Source: a phage
Reading direction: 5' to 3' (one strand)
Sequence record: PX104378.1
DNA length: 64,000 nucleotides
The notes under the pieces are model-generated. The model saw nothing but the letters and a program-made list of their open reading frames with translations. It had not been told where the DNA came from and did no database searches. Shown here in pieces: positions 1-12,107 of the stretch. How positions within the stretch are numbered: position 1 is the first letter of the stretch; the number at the start of each line of letters is the position of its first letter. The position numbers and the translations under genes were made by a program.

Positions 1-1827
<1,827 letters not shown>

Positions 1828-1858
1828 CGATAATGCATAAAAAGATGAGGAAATTCTA

Positions 1859-3853
1859 ATGACTCTATTATCACCGGGTTTCGAAACGAAAGAAACTACT
1901 CTCTCCACTACCATTGTGCAATCTGCGACTGGTCGCGCGGCGCTGGTAGGTAAATTCCAATGGGGTCCAGCTTTCCAGATTATTCAAGTAACTAATGAAG
2001 TTGAGTTAGTTAATAAATTTGGTCAGCCGGATAATAACACCGCAGACTATTTCATGAGCGGGGCTAACTTCCTCCAGTACGGTAATGATCTGCGTGTTGT
2101 TCGTGTATTGAATAAAGAAAAAGCAAAAAACGCAACTACCCTAGCTGGCAACGTAGAGTTTGAAATCACAAACGAAGGTTCAAACTATAAGGTTGGCGAT
2201 ACAATTAAAGTAAAATACAAAAATTCTGAAATTGAAACTGGCGGAAAGATTACAAAAATTTCGTCGGAAGGTAAGATCAAAGGTATTTTTATTCCAACTG
2301 GTAAACTGATTGCACATGCAAAAACAATCGGGGCATATCCAAAACTGGAAGGATACACCGTAGAAATCATTTCTGATAGCGGTAACTCAGGTGCATCGAT
2401 CACTGTATCTGGAATTGTAGTCGACTCCGGTCTTCTGTTAACTGACATGGAAACTTCCCGCGCCAATATAACGAATCAAACTTTCTTGACTAAACTCAAG
2501 AAGTATGATATGCCAGCTGTAAGCGCGATCTATGCTGGTGAGATTGGCAACTCGCTGGAAGTTGAAATTCTGTCGCGTAGTGCGTTTAAGAACACAGCAC
2601 CGGATCTGACCATGTATCCTTATGGTGGCGAGCGCACCGCAGCACGCAACCTGATTCCATATGCACCGCAGAATGATAATCAATATGCGTTCATTGTTCG
2701 TCGCGATGGTGTTGTGGTAGAATCCTATGTATTGTCCACTCTGAAAGGAGATAAAGACGTCTACGGCAATTCTATCTATATGGACGACTTCTTTTCTCGT
2801 GGTGCTAGCCAGTACATCTATGCAACCGCTCAGGGGTGGGTAGATGGCTTCAGTGGCATTATTTCTCTTGCTGGCGGTGTTTCTGCCAACGAAGCAACCG
2901 CTGGTGTTGGTGCTGACCCGTTTGTTAGTGCGATGATGCAAGGCTGGGATCTGTTTGCTGAACGTGAATCTATTCATGTAAACCTTCTGATTGCTGGTGC
3001 ATGTGCTGGTGAAGGTGATGCATTCTCTACCGTACAGAAACATGCTGTTTCTATCGGTGATGAGCGTCAGGATTGCTTAGTAATGGTTTCTCCGCCGCGT
3101 AGCACTGTTGTTAATATTCCGGTGACTACTGCAATTGATAACCTGATTGCATGGCGCGAAGGTTCGGGAAACTATAATGAAAACAACATGAACATTAATA
3201 CCACTTACGCGGTTATTGATGGTAACTACAAGTATCAGTATGACAAATATAACGATGTAAACCGTTGGGTTCCGTTGGCTGCTGATATTGCTGGCTTGTG
3301 TGCTCGTACTGATGCTGTATCCCAGCCGTGGATGAGTCCGGCAGGTTATAACCGTGGTCAGATCATGAACGTGGTTAAACTGGCTATCGAGCCTCGCAAG
3401 GCACACCGTGATCGTCTGTATCAGGCCGCAATTAACCCGGTAATCGGTGCTGGTGGTGAAGGGTTTATCCTGATGGGTGATAAAACCGCTACGACTGTTC
3501 CTAGCCCGTTTGACCGCATTAACGTTCGTCGTCTGTTTAACATGCTGAAAAAGAATATCGGCGATTCAAGCAAATACAAACTGTTTGAAAACAATGATAA
3601 CTTTACTCGCGCTTCCTTCCGTATGGAGGTTTCGCAATATCTCAGCACGATTCGCTCTCTGGGTGGCATTTATGACTTCCGAGTACAATGCGACACCACG
3701 AACAACACGCCGGATGTAATTGATCGTAACGAATTTGTTGCTAGTATGTTCATCAAACCAGCAAAATCGATCAACTATATCATGCTCAATTTCACTGCTG
3801 TTGCAACTGGTGCTGATTTTGACGAAATTATCGGTCCAGCTAACCAGGCATAA
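1859..3853 (+). CDS. 18: Contractile tail sheath protein (gp18-like)
   Basis: 664 aa vs T4 gp18 659 aa; follows terminase as in T4; ATG with SD; TATAAATA upstream. Confidence 0.92.
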   Translation: MTLLSPGFETKETTLSTTIVQSATGRAALVGKFQWGPAFQIIQVTNEVELVNKFGQPDNNTADYFMSGANFLQYGNDLRVVRVLNKEKAKNATTLAGNVEFEITNEGSNYKVGDTIKVKYKNSEIETGGKITKISSEGKIKGIFIPTGKLIAHAKTIGAYPKLEGYTVEIISDSGNSGASITVSGIVVDSGLLLTDMETSRANITNQTFLTKLKKYDMPAVSAIYAGEIGNSLEVEILSRSAFKNTAPDLTMYPYGGERTAARNLIPYAPQNDNQYAFIVRRDGVVVESYVLSTLKGDKDVYGNSIYMDDFFSRGASQYIYATAQGWVDGFSGIISLAGGVSANEATAGVGADPFVSAMMQGWDLFAERESIHVNLLIAGACAGEGDAFSTVQKHAVSIGDERQDCLVMVSPPRSTVVNIPVTTAIDNLIAWREGSGNYNENNMNINTTYAVIDGNYKYQYDKYNDVNRWVPLAADIAGLCARTDAVSQPWMSPAGYNRGQIMNVVKLAIEPRKAHRDRLYQAAINPVIGAGGEGFILMGDKTATTVPSPFDRINVRRLFNMLKKNIGDSSKYKLFENNDNFTRASFRMEVSQYLSTIRSLGGIYDFRVQCDTTNNTPDVIDRNEFVASMFIKPAKSINYIMLNFTAVATGADFDEIIGPANQA

Positions 3854-3926
3854 TCAGTAAATTAGCATAGATTAAAAGTTAAATCAAGCGGGGAGAAAAT
3901 CCCCGCTCTATTAAGGAATATCAATT

Positions 3927-4421
3927 ATGGCACTCGATTTGAATGATATTACACGCGGTTTCGAGTCTGGCGATTTTGCTCGTCCTAACCTGTTTGAAGT
4001 TGAGATCCCATATCTGGGGCAAAACTTTAAGCTGATGTGTAAAGCGGCAACTGTCCCTGCTGCTACCGTAGAAAAAATCGCTGTAGGTTATCAAAACCGT
4101 AAAATTAACATCGCTGGCGACCGTGTATACGACGACTGGACCATCACTGTATTCAACGATGACGCACACAAGATCCGTGATGCTATCGTTGCATGGAGCG
4201 ATCAGACACATGGCACTGGTTCGGCGATCACGGGTGCAACTCCTGCACAATATAAGAAACAAGCTATTGTTCGTCAACTTAACCGTAACACCGAATCAAC
4301 TAGCGAAAAAACATTGTACGGTATTTTCCCGACCAACGTTGGTGAAGTAACCCTCGATTGGGAACAAAACAACGAAGTTGAAACGTTTGAAGTTACTTTT
4401 GCTATCGATTGGGTAGAATAA
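3927..4421 (+). CDS. 19: Tail tube protein (gp19-like)
   Basis: 164 aa, same size and position as T4 gp19. Confidence 0.9.
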   Translation: MALDLNDITRGFESGDFARPNLFEVEIPYLGQNFKLMCKAATVPAATVEKIAVGYQNRKINIAGDRVYDDWTITVFNDDAHKIRDAIVAWSDQTHGTGSAITGATPAQYKKQAIVRQLNRNTESTSEKTLYGIFPTNVGEVTLDWEQNNEVETFEVTFAIDWVE

Positions 4422-4479
4422 ATATATTATCATGCGGGGAGAAGTTCCCCGCTTAATTTCTCCCAATTCGAGGTGAATA

Positions 4480-6045
4480 ATGTTTAGTAGATTAAAAATG
4501 CTTGCGCGTTGGGCTGATTTTGACAACGACAAATACGAAGAACAAATTAAAGATAAAGCAGAGTCTATCGCCGCACCTAAAAACAATGATGGTGCTACGG
4601 AAGTAGAAATTAATGATAACTCTCCGGCTAGCGCGTGGAACTCTCTTACCCAGCAATTTTACAGCACCGACCAGAAAATCAGTACAACTAAGCAATTGGT
4701 TAACACATATCGCGGTTTGATGAATAACCATGAAGTCGAAAACGCTGTACAAAATATCGTTAACGATGCGATTGTATTTGAAGAAGGTCATGACGTTGTT
4801 TCATTAAATCTTGAGGCGACTGGCTTTAGTGAATCTGTAAAAGAGCGCATTCATGAAGAATTTAAAGATCTTTTAAACACTATCCAGTTTGATAAGCGTG
4901 GTCAGGATATGTTCCGTCGCTGGTATGTCGATTCGCGTATTTTCTTCCATAAGATCATCGGTAAAAATCCAAAAGATGGTATCGTAGAATTACGCCAGCT
5001 TGATCCACGAAATCTTGAATATGTTCGCGAGATCATTACAGAAGACACACCGGAAGGTAAAATTTATAAAGCAACGAAAGAATATTTCATTTACACTGTA
5101 GGTAATAGCTCTTATTGCGCAGGTGGTCAAGTATTCTCTCCCAATAGTCGCGTTAAAATCCCGCGTAGTGCTATTACATACGCTCACAGCGGCTTGATGG
5201 ATTGTGATGATAAATATATCATTGGTTATTTGCATCGGGCGGTTAAGCCAGCAAACCAGCTTAAATTGTTGGAAGACGCAATGGTCGTTTATCGTATCAC
5301 GCGTGCACCGGAACGCCGAGTGTTCTTTATTGATACCGGAAACATGAACAACCGCAAGGCTGCACAGCACATGAACTCAGTGGCACAGTCTTTTAAAAAT
5401 CGCGTTGTTTATGATGCATCTACTGGTAAACTTAAAAACCAGCAAGCAAACCTATCAATGACAGAGGACTACTGGTTACAACGTCGAGATGGTAAAGCAA
5501 TCACCGACGTTACTACTTTACCGGGTGCATCCGGTATGAGTGATATCGATGATATTCGCTACTTTAACCGTAAATTATATGAAGCGTTGCGTGTACCATT
5601 GTCACGTAGCAATCTCTCCGATGCTAATATGGTGATCGGTGGTGACGGTTCAGAAATTACTCGCGATGAGTTGGAATTTTCGAAATTCATTAGAACTCTG
5701 CAATCACAGTTTTCGGAAGTATTGCGCGATCCGCTTAAATATAATCTGATTCTCAAAAATGTAATTACGGAAGACGATTGGGATCGTGAAATAAATAATA
5801 TCAAGGTGGTTTTCCATCGGGACTCTTATTATACAGAAGTTAAAGACGCGGAAATTTTAGAACGTCGAATCGGTCTAATCGAACGTATCGCCCCTTACAT
5901 TGGTAAGTATTTCTCTAACCAGACAGTGATGCGTGACATTCTGAAATATACCGATGACCAGATGGACACCGAGAAGAAACAGATCGAAGAAGAAGCGAAC
6001 GATCCGCGCTTTAAACAAACTCCCGATGAAATAGAGGATTTTTAA
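4480..6045 (+). CDS. 20: Portal vertex protein (gp20-like)
   Basis: 521 aa vs T4 gp20 524 aa; SD GAGGTG before ATG. Confidence 0.92.
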   Translation: MFSRLKMLARWADFDNDKYEEQIKDKAESIAAPKNNDGATEVEINDNSPASAWNSLTQQFYSTDQKISTTKQLVNTYRGLMNNHEVENAVQNIVNDAIVFEEGHDVVSLNLEATGFSESVKERIHEEFKDLLNTIQFDKRGQDMFRRWYVDSRIFFHKIIGKNPKDGIVELRQLDPRNLEYVREIITEDTPEGKIYKATKEYFIYTVGNSSYCAGGQVFSPNSRVKIPRSAITYAHSGLMDCDDKYIIGYLHRAVKPANQLKLLEDAMVVYRITRAPERRVFFIDTGNMNNRKAAQHMNSVAQSFKNRVVYDASTGKLKNQQANLSMTEDYWLQRRDGKAITDVTTLPGASGMSDIDDIRYFNRKLYEALRVPLSRSNLSDANMVIGGDGSEITRDELEFSKFIRTLQSQFSEVLRDPLKYNLILKNVITEDDWDREINNIKVVFHRDSYYTEVKDAEILERRIGLIERIAPYIGKYFSNQTVMRDILKYTDDQMDTEKKQIEEEANDPRFKQTPDEIEDF

Positions 6046-6270
6046 ATGAAACAATTTATCGAAGCAATTAAAACTCGCGATCTAACGCTGATCGAAAAAG
6101 AATTTGATAAGATCATGGAGGCTAAAAAAGCCCAGATCATCGAATCCCAGCGTGTCGAAATCGCATCCAGTGTCATGATCGAAGGTGAAGAAGAAAAAGA
6201 CCGCGATGATGAGGACGACGAAGACGAAGATCGCAAAGACGATAAAAAAGACAAAGAAGACGACGAATAA
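6046..6270 (+). CDS. 67: Prohead core protein (gp67-like) with acidic D/E-rich C-terminus
   Basis: 74 aa; TAAATG stop-start junction with gp20; position as in T4. Confidence 0.75.
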   Translation: MKQFIEAIKTRDLTLIEKEFDKIMEAKKAQIIESQRVEIASSVMIEGEEEKDRDDEDDEDEDRKDDKKDKEDDE

Positions 6271-6282
6271 TAGGAAGCCAAC

Positions 6283-6690
6283 ATGATTAAAGATTTTACT
6301 CCTAAAGCTGACTTGGAAACTTTTCTGCCGGAAGCACAGGAAAAATTGGACATGTTGGCTATGTTTGAGTCAGAAGAACTATTGAAAATCGTTGAAGGTA
6401 TCTCCGAAGATGAGCCAGAATTGGCTGTAGCAATGCTGTCTATCATCGATGGAATTACTGTAAACGAAGCAATGGTTAAACATGTAAACGCACGCGGGGA
6501 AGTTGCACGCAAGAAAGATCGCAAAACCCGTGAGCGTAATGCTTACATGACTACTGGCCTAAGCAAAGCTAAACGCCGTCAAATTGCCCGTCGTGCTGCA
6601 AAAACCAAACGTGCAAATCCATCTATCGAACGTCATGCGGAACGTAAGCGCAAAAAAGCAATGCGTAAACGTAAGGCGTTAGGATTATAA
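6283..6690 (+). CDS. 68: Prohead core protein (gp68-like), basic C-terminus
   Basis: 135 aa; position between gp67 and gp21 as in T4. Confidence 0.75.
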   Translation: MIKDFTPKADLETFLPEAQEKLDMLAMFESEELLKIVEGISEDEPELAVAMLSIIDGITVNEAMVKHVNARGEVARKKDRKTRERNAYMTTGLSKAKRRQIARRAAKTKRANPSIERHAERKRKKAMRKRKALGL

Positions 6691-6701
6691 CAGGAAACAA
6701 C

Positions 6702-7397
6702 ATGGAAAAGAACGAATTACTGATCGAACAATGGGGCGTTCCTTGTGCTCGCGGTAGTTCGTCATTGCTTGAATCATTTGATGATAAGGCTACAGGAAAT
6801 CTCTATATTCAAGGGATTTTCCTGCAAGCCGAAACAGTAAACCGTAATAAACGCTGGTATCCTCGCAGCGTTCTAGAAAATGCGGTTACTAAATACATAC
6901 ATGAACAAGTTGAGACACATCAAGCTCTAGGCGAACTTAATCACCCAGCAAGAGCAATGCCAGATCCATCTAATGCTTGCATCATAATTGAAAAATTGTG
7001 GTGGGAAGGTAATAACGTGATGGGTAAAGCCCGTGTTATTGAAGGGGATAAAGGCGCAGGGGATAAACTTGCTGCACTGATTCGCGCTGGCTGGATTCCT
7101 GGCGTTTCCTCCCGTGGGTTGGGTCGGTTGAAAGACTCTGGTCGCGGATACAATATTGTACAGGAAGGTTTTGTGTTGACGGTTGGTGTTGATGTTGTAT
7201 GGGGTCCGAGCGCACCAGATGCGTGGGTAACTCCGGTGGTTGAGTCAACGGATAGCGATTCTAGCGCGTCAGACGCACCAGAAAGCGATAAAACCGAAAA
7301 AGTGACTAACCCTACAGCCTCACAACAAAACATCGTAGAATCGAATAATAGCGCGTTTATGGCGCTCGCAGAAGCGTTATCTAAACGCTATAAATAA
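6702..7397 (+). CDS. 21: Prohead core scaffold/protease (gp21-like)
   Basis: 231 aa; position and size comparable to T4 gp21. Confidence 0.85.
   Translation: MEKNELLIEQWGVPCARGSSSLLESFDDKATGNLYIQGIFLQAETVNRNKRWYPRSVLENAVTKYIHEQVETHQALGELNHPARAMPDPSNACIIIEKLWWEGNNVMGKARVIEGDKGAGDKLAALIRAGWIPGVSSRGLGRLKDSGRGYNIVQEGFVLTVGVDVVWGPSAPDAWVTPVVESTDSDSSASDAPESDKTEKVTNPTASQQNIVESNNSAFMALAEALSKRYK
7389..7396 (+). promoter_or_regulatory. Late promoter (TATAAATA) for gp22
   Basis: Exact TATAAATA upstream of gp22. Confidence 0.6.
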
Positions 7398-7428
7398 TAA
7401 CGTCGTTATCAACAAGAAGGTTATAACC

Positions 7429-8223
7429 ATGCTTAAAGAAATGCTGCTCGAAGAAGCAAAACAGATCACCGTAGACGTTGCTCTCGATGACCTGTTTGAA
7501 TCCGTCGAACTGTCGCCGGAAGTAAAAGAAAATTTTGGTACTATCTACGCTCAAGCGGTAAAAGCTAATGCTGTTGCACTGGCAGAAAGCCACATTGAAA
7601 AAATCGCCGCTAAAGCCGATGAACTGGTAGAATCAAAGGTCGAAGAAGCACGCACCGAGATTGAAACCAAACTGTACGAAGATGCAGATAAATTCCTGAA
7701 TCACTTAGGCGCTAAATGGCTGGCAGAAAATAAAGAAGCCGTTACCCGTAATATTAAAGCGGATCTGTGCGAATCCCTGATTGGTTCTCTGAAAGATGTT
7801 TTCGTTACTCACAATGTTGTAGTACCGGAAGAATCTGTAGATGTTGTTGCTGAACTTGACGAAGCACTGAAAGAAGAAAAAGAGAAAACCGCTGAACTCT
7901 TTGACTCTAAACTGCAACTTGAAAGCGAAATTCGTGGCATGAAGCGCGAACAAGCGATCAATGAAAGCACTCGTGATCTTTCCGATACTCAGAAAGAAAA
8001 AGTAACCGCGCTGATTGAAGGTCTGGAATATAGCGAAACTTTCGATAAGAAATTAACTGCAATTGTCGAAATGGTTGCTAAGAAAGAAGACAAACCAGCG
8101 AAGATTGAAGAATCACTAAATACTGATGCCGACAAGCTGAATGTTATTGCAGAAGCTGTCGAAGAATCAGAGAAAAAGGCAACTGTAGATTCCGGCGTAT
8201 CCCGCTACCTGAATTTCATCTAA
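7429..8223 (+). CDS. 22: Prohead scaffolding protein (gp22-like), acidic coiled-coil
   Basis: 264 aa, E/K-rich helical; TATAAATA upstream; position as in T4. Confidence 0.85.
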   Translation: MLKEMLLEEAKQITVDVALDDLFESVELSPEVKENFGTIYAQAVKANAVALAESHIEKIAAKADELVESKVEEARTEIETKLYEDADKFLNHLGAKWLAENKEAVTRNIKADLCESLIGSLKDVFVTHNVVVPEESVDVVAELDEALKEEKEKTAELFDSKLQLESEIRGMKREQAINESTRDLSDTQKEKVTALIEGLEYSETFDKKLTAIVEMVAKKEDKPAKIEESLNTDADKLNVIAEAVEESEKKATVDSGVSRYLNFI

Positions 8224-8241
8224 TGTAATTCAAATCTACTT

Positions 8242-8249
8242 TATAAATA
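8242..8249 (+). promoter_or_regulatory. Late promoter (TATAAATA) for gp23
   Basis: Exact TATAAATA about 35 bp upstream of gp23 ATG. Confidence 0.65.
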
Positions 8250-8282
8250 CTTTAGGTTAACAACAAACAAGGTTTAAAGAAC

Positions 8283-9881
8283 ATGAAAACTACCAAAGAA
8301 CTGATGGAAAAATGGTCCCCGCTGCTGGAGAACGAAAAACTGCCGGAAATCGCAACTGCGTCTAAGCAGAAACTGGTTGCTAAAATTCTGGAATCTCAGG
8401 AAGCGGATTTTGCTGTAGACCCGATCTATAAAGATGAAAAAGTTGTTGAAGCATTTGGTGGCTTTATCACCGAAGCAGAAGTTGCTGGCGACCACGGTTA
8501 TGATGCATCCAAAATCGCCGCAGGTCAGACTACTGGTGCAATCACCAACGTAGGTCCGGCTGTTATCGGTATGGTTCGCCGTGCTATTCCTAACCTGATC
8601 GCATTTGATATTTGTGGCGTTCAGCCGATGAGCACCCCGACTAGCCAGATCTTTGCAATCCGTTCTGTATACGGTCCAGACCCGCTTGCAGGTGGCAATG
8701 CTCAGAATGTTCGTGAAGCATTCCATCCGATGTATTCTCCGAATGTGTTCCATAGCTCTCTGGCTGCTAAAGATGCAACCACTGGTTCCCCGACTGGTAC
8801 TGCATTCCAGCAACTCCAAATGTCACAAGCAATTCAGCCGGGAGATATTGTACACCATACTTTTGCAGAAACCGGAATTGCATATCTGCAAAACGTACAC
8901 AGTAGCGCAGTAACTCCGTCTAAAGCTGGTTCAGAATCCGAAGATGAAGTGGTCATGAAGCTGATGGAAGAAGGTAAGCTGGCTGAAATCGCTTTCGGTA
9001 TGGCTACTTCCATTGCCGAAATTCAGGAAGGTTTTAACGGTTCCAGCAATAACCCGTGGGCTGAAATGTCAATGCGTATTGACAAACAGGTTGTTGAAGC
9101 GAAATCTCGCCAACTGAAAGCCCGTTATTCTATCGAAGTTGCGCAGGATCTGCGTGCTGTACACGGTATGGATGCTGACGCTGAACTGAATGCTATCCTG
9201 GCTAACGAAGTTCTGCTGGAAATCAACCGTGAAATCGTTGACGTAATCAACTTTACCGCACAGGTTGGTAAAACTGGTATGACTCAGACCGTTGGTTCTA
9301 AAGCTGGTGTATTTGACCTGCAAGACCCGATCGATACTCGCGGTGCTCGTTGGGCTGGTGAATCCTTCAAATCTCTGATCTACCAGATCGACAAAGAAGC
9401 TGCTGAAATCGCTCGTCAGACTGGTCGCGGTGCTGGTAACTTTGTTATCGCTTCCCGTAACGTTGTAAACATTCTGGCTTCTGCTGATCAGGGTATCAGT
9501 GTTGCTATGCAGGGTGCTGCAAAAGGTCTGAATACCGACACAACTAAAGCTGTTTTCGCTGGTGTTCTGGCTGGTAAGTACAAAGTATTCATCGACCAGT
9601 ATGCTCGTCAGGACTACTTCACCGTAGGTTACAAAGGCGACAACGAAATGGATGCTGGTATCTACTATGCTCCGTATGTTGCTCTGACTCCGCTGCGTGC
9701 AACCGATCCGCAGTCTTTCCACCCGGTTCTGGGCTTCAAGACTCGCTACGGCATCGGTATTAACCCGTTTGCAGACAGCAAAACCCAGGCACCGTCCGCT
9801 CGCATCACCTCCGGTATGTTGAGCAAAGACAGCGTAGGTAAAAACGCATACTTCCGCCGTGTATGGGTTAAAGGTTGCTAA
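8283..9881 (+). CDS. 23: Major capsid protein (gp23-like)
   Basis: 532 aa; long identical stretches to T4 gp23 as recalled (MVRRAIPNLIAFDICGVQPM, GIYYAPYVALTPLR, KTRYGIGINPF). Confidence 0.97.
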   Translation: MKTTKELMEKWSPLLENEKLPEIATASKQKLVAKILESQEADFAVDPIYKDEKVVEAFGGFITEAEVAGDHGYDASKIAAGQTTGAITNVGPAVIGMVRRAIPNLIAFDICGVQPMSTPTSQIFAIRSVYGPDPLAGGNAQNVREAFHPMYSPNVFHSSLAAKDATTGSPTGTAFQQLQMSQAIQPGDIVHHTFAETGIAYLQNVHSSAVTPSKAGSESEDEVVMKLMEEGKLAEIAFGMATSIAEIQEGFNGSSNNPWAEMSMRIDKQVVEAKSRQLKARYSIEVAQDLRAVHGMDADAELNAILANEVLLEINREIVDVINFTAQVGKTGMTQTVGSKAGVFDLQDPIDTRGARWAGESFKSLIYQIDKEAAEIARQTGRGAGNFVIASRNVVNILASADQGISVAMQGAAKGLNTDTTKAVFAGVLAGKYKVFIDQYARQDYFTVGYKGDNEMDAGIYYAPYVALTPLRATDPQSFHPVLGFKTRYGIGINPFADSKTQAPSARITSGMLSKDSVGKNAYFRRVWVKGC

Positions 9882-9951
9882 TTAAACTCCGGTCGGGTGC
9901 AATGCCCGACTTATCATAAACCTTATGACAGTGTAAAGTGTTAATTCCAAA

Positions 9952-9982
9952 GGGAAGACTCGAATGGGGTCTTCCCTTTTTG
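9952..9982 (+). terminator. Intrinsic terminator after gp23
   Basis: GGGAAGAC-loop-GTCTTCCC stem followed by TTTTTG. Confidence 0.7.
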
Positions 9983-9997
9983 CGTATTATATCCCGT

Positions 9998-10005
9998 TAT
10001 AAATA
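9998..10005 (+). promoter_or_regulatory. Late promoter (TATAAATA) for the gp23-gp24 insertion genes
   Basis: Exact TATAAATA about 40 bp upstream of ORF 10044..10352, after the gp23 terminator. Confidence 0.6.
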
Positions 10006-10043
10006 AGGTTGCAAGCCTATATTCTAAGGGGAGCGAAAATTAG

Positions 10044-10352
10044 ATGCACACACTTATAAAGACCAAAACTCCAGCCGTTTCCGCGTCGGTAAACTGCGTT
10101 CATAGTACGCATATGACAGTACAGATGACCGTAGAAGGTGCGCGGGAAGGGCAAAAAGTCATTGCGGAAGCCTTGTTAGAAGGTTCCTTAGATGGCAAAG
10201 GTTGGTTCACTATTTCAGAATTGAAAGCTGATGGTAATGAATATGCAACTGATGGTGGAGCGTTTGAAACATTATGGTCATTTATTAGGGCAAAAGTAAA
10301 ATCTGTTTCCAATGATTCTACTGTAACCGTGTATCTTGCTAAACGGGGGTAA
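10044..10352 (+). CDS. Hypothetical late protein
   Basis: 102 aa ORF with ATG start directly downstream of a TATAAATA late promoter. Confidence 0.6.
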   Translation: MHTLIKTKTPAVSASVNCVHSTHMTVQMTVEGAREGQKVIAEALLEGSLDGKGWFTISELKADGNEYATDGGAFETLWSFIRAKVKSVSNDSTVTVYLAKRG

Positions 10353-10359
10353 TTATTAT

Positions 10360-12090
10360 ATGAAGCTAAATCCACAAGCTATCATTAATGCTGGTTCCGT
10401 TAGTGGTGGTTGTTCTGGTGGCGGTATTCAGATCGGAACTAACGTACCTTGCGGAATTAAAAATACTCACCGTTTCGAAAATGAAGAAGCTAGGGATGAA
10501 TATTTTACCGAACATTTTCCAGAATTGGAGAGACTAAAAACAATTATTGTTTGTGGCGAAAAACTCCAATTATGGACGGGTAAAACAGCACAATCTCCCT
10601 ACGATAAATCAAAATGGGTCGATATGACCTGGGTTATTCAGGGTGAACAGGGTATTCCTGGTGAGAAGGGCGAAAATGGACGTGGTATTGCTAGGATCGA
10701 AGCGAGATTGTCCGAGGACGACCGCAACTGGACTCTAGAAGTCACGTACTCAGACGGAACACAGGAGTCTCTTGTATTTCCAGTACCAGAAGTATTAGCT
10801 AACGTTGCGCAGCGTCTATCTGCAATTGAAGTAAAATGGACTACGACGAATCCGATTAATAATCTGGATGTAACCACATCACCCGGACGCTATCCGGTAG
10901 GTGATGCAACCTATGGCAAACCTCCAATGATGGCGAATAAGGGGTCCGCAGATGTATATGTCGTTGATGGTAGCATTCTTCAAGTGGTCCGTTCTATTGA
11001 TGGTGGTGTTTACTCTCGTATCCGACACAATGGTGCATGGCGTGAGTGGAACTCTCAAAGCGGGGAAGGAAGTGGTGGCGGTGGTTTAAATGGTGATCAG
11101 GAGGCGATGTTAACCAGTTTGGGTAAACGTCTACCTGAAATTTCACCCGAAACACTGGACCTAAACACCTTGACTAAACAAGGCCGTTTCTGTTACTTTG
11201 AGGGGTCGGCAAACCGCCCAAATGGAACACAAACACATGGTTCTGTAGATGTTCATGCATGTAAAGATCATGTATTGCAGATCGCAACAAGCATTGATGG
11301 CGTAATGTATCACCGTTCCTATACAAAGAGAACTGATCGATGGACCGAATGGTTACAGATCAGCGATCACACTGGCGGTGCTACCATTTATGCATTCCCT
11401 CGTGTATCAAGCGTGTTTACTACGGCACAAAACCTGATAGAAGTAACTAACCCAGGAACAGGGAACGGTTCATTTTATATTCCGTGGAAATATGTTATTC
11501 ATGATAACTATGGATGCACACCACAAATAAAAGAGCCACAAAGACAGGAAGACGCTGATCATTGGTGGGTCGCGCCTAAATCCGGTAGCTATGATATGGA
11601 ATTGCTTTTTGATATTGGATTTATTAAAACACAACAAACAATTCCACCAATTTTCGTAGTGACCGCATGGCACAGGACCAATGAAGGAAATGAGCGTTTA
11701 GCCGCTCGTTATAATATCGGTTTTGACGTATCAACAAAAAACCAAAAAACCAAATCTCTAAAATTGAGATTGAATCAAATACCATCCGGTGAGATGTTTC
11801 GCTGGCAAGTGACGTTTAGCGGTGGTAGTTGGTCATCAAACGATAACCCAGATGTTTCACTTGTACCATTCCGCACATTGCTGATGGTCGACGAAGTAGA
11901 ACACGACACAGCAAAACGAGTTGGTGCATTGGCGTATAACACATGGGCTAACTTCCAAGCTAAAAAAGGTCTTGCTGCAACCGTAGGTGAGGATGAACTA
12001 CAAAAAGCTCGTCTTAACGCGGTTAAATGGGGTGCTATCATCGAAAGCGTTGAAGCAACTCCGCAAGAAGGCCAGCAACCAGTGCAATAA
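10360..12090 (+). CDS. Fiber-like protein with short collagen-like G-X-Y segment and repeated knob-like modules
   Basis: Start trimmed to ATG after GGGGG SD (table start is TTG); GEQGIPGEKGENGRG segment; two related modules (ILQVVRSIDGGVYSRIRHNGAWREW and HVLQIATSIDGVMYHRSYTKRTDRWTEW); G-rich linkers. Confidence 0.7.
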   Translation: MKLNPQAIINAGSVSGGCSGGGIQIGTNVPCGIKNTHRFENEEARDEYFTEHFPELERLKTIIVCGEKLQLWTGKTAQSPYDKSKWVDMTWVIQGEQGIPGEKGENGRGIARIEARLSEDDRNWTLEVTYSDGTQESLVFPVPEVLANVAQRLSAIEVKWTTTNPINNLDVTTSPGRYPVGDATYGKPPMMANKGSADVYVVDGSILQVVRSIDGGVYSRIRHNGAWREWNSQSGEGSGGGGLNGDQEAMLTSLGKRLPEISPETLDLNTLTKQGRFCYFEGSANRPNGTQTHGSVDVHACKDHVLQIATSIDGVMYHRSYTKRTDRWTEWLQISDHTGGATIYAFPRVSSVFTTAQNLIEVTNPGTGNGSFYIPWKYVIHDNYGCTPQIKEPQRQEDADHWWVAPKSGSYDMELLFDIGFIKTQQTIPPIFVVTAWHRTNEGNERLAARYNIGFDVSTKNQKTKSLKLRLNQIPSGEMFRWQVTFSGGSWSSNDNPDVSLVPFRTLLMVDEVEHDTAKRVGALAYNTWANFQAKKGLAATVGEDELQKARLNAVKWGAIIESVEATPQEGQQPVQ

Positions 12091-12107
12091 TTAGTGAGGG
12101 GTGATCG

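Noticed and set aside
2438-3043. Antisense ORFs inside long genes (for example 2438..3043-, 271..468-, 33957..34559+, 58346..58831+, 20789..21211+, 40932..41369+)
   Set aside because: They lie wholly within strongly supported genes on the opposite strand and show low-complexity or stop-poor antisense composition; no SD or independent support.
3889-3906. GCGGGGA-loop-TCCCCGC hairpins after gp18 and gp19 (3889..3906, 4434..4451) as terminators
   Set aside because: Hairpins are clear but not followed by a proper T-run on the coding strand; they may be attenuators or RNA stability elements, so not listed as terminators.
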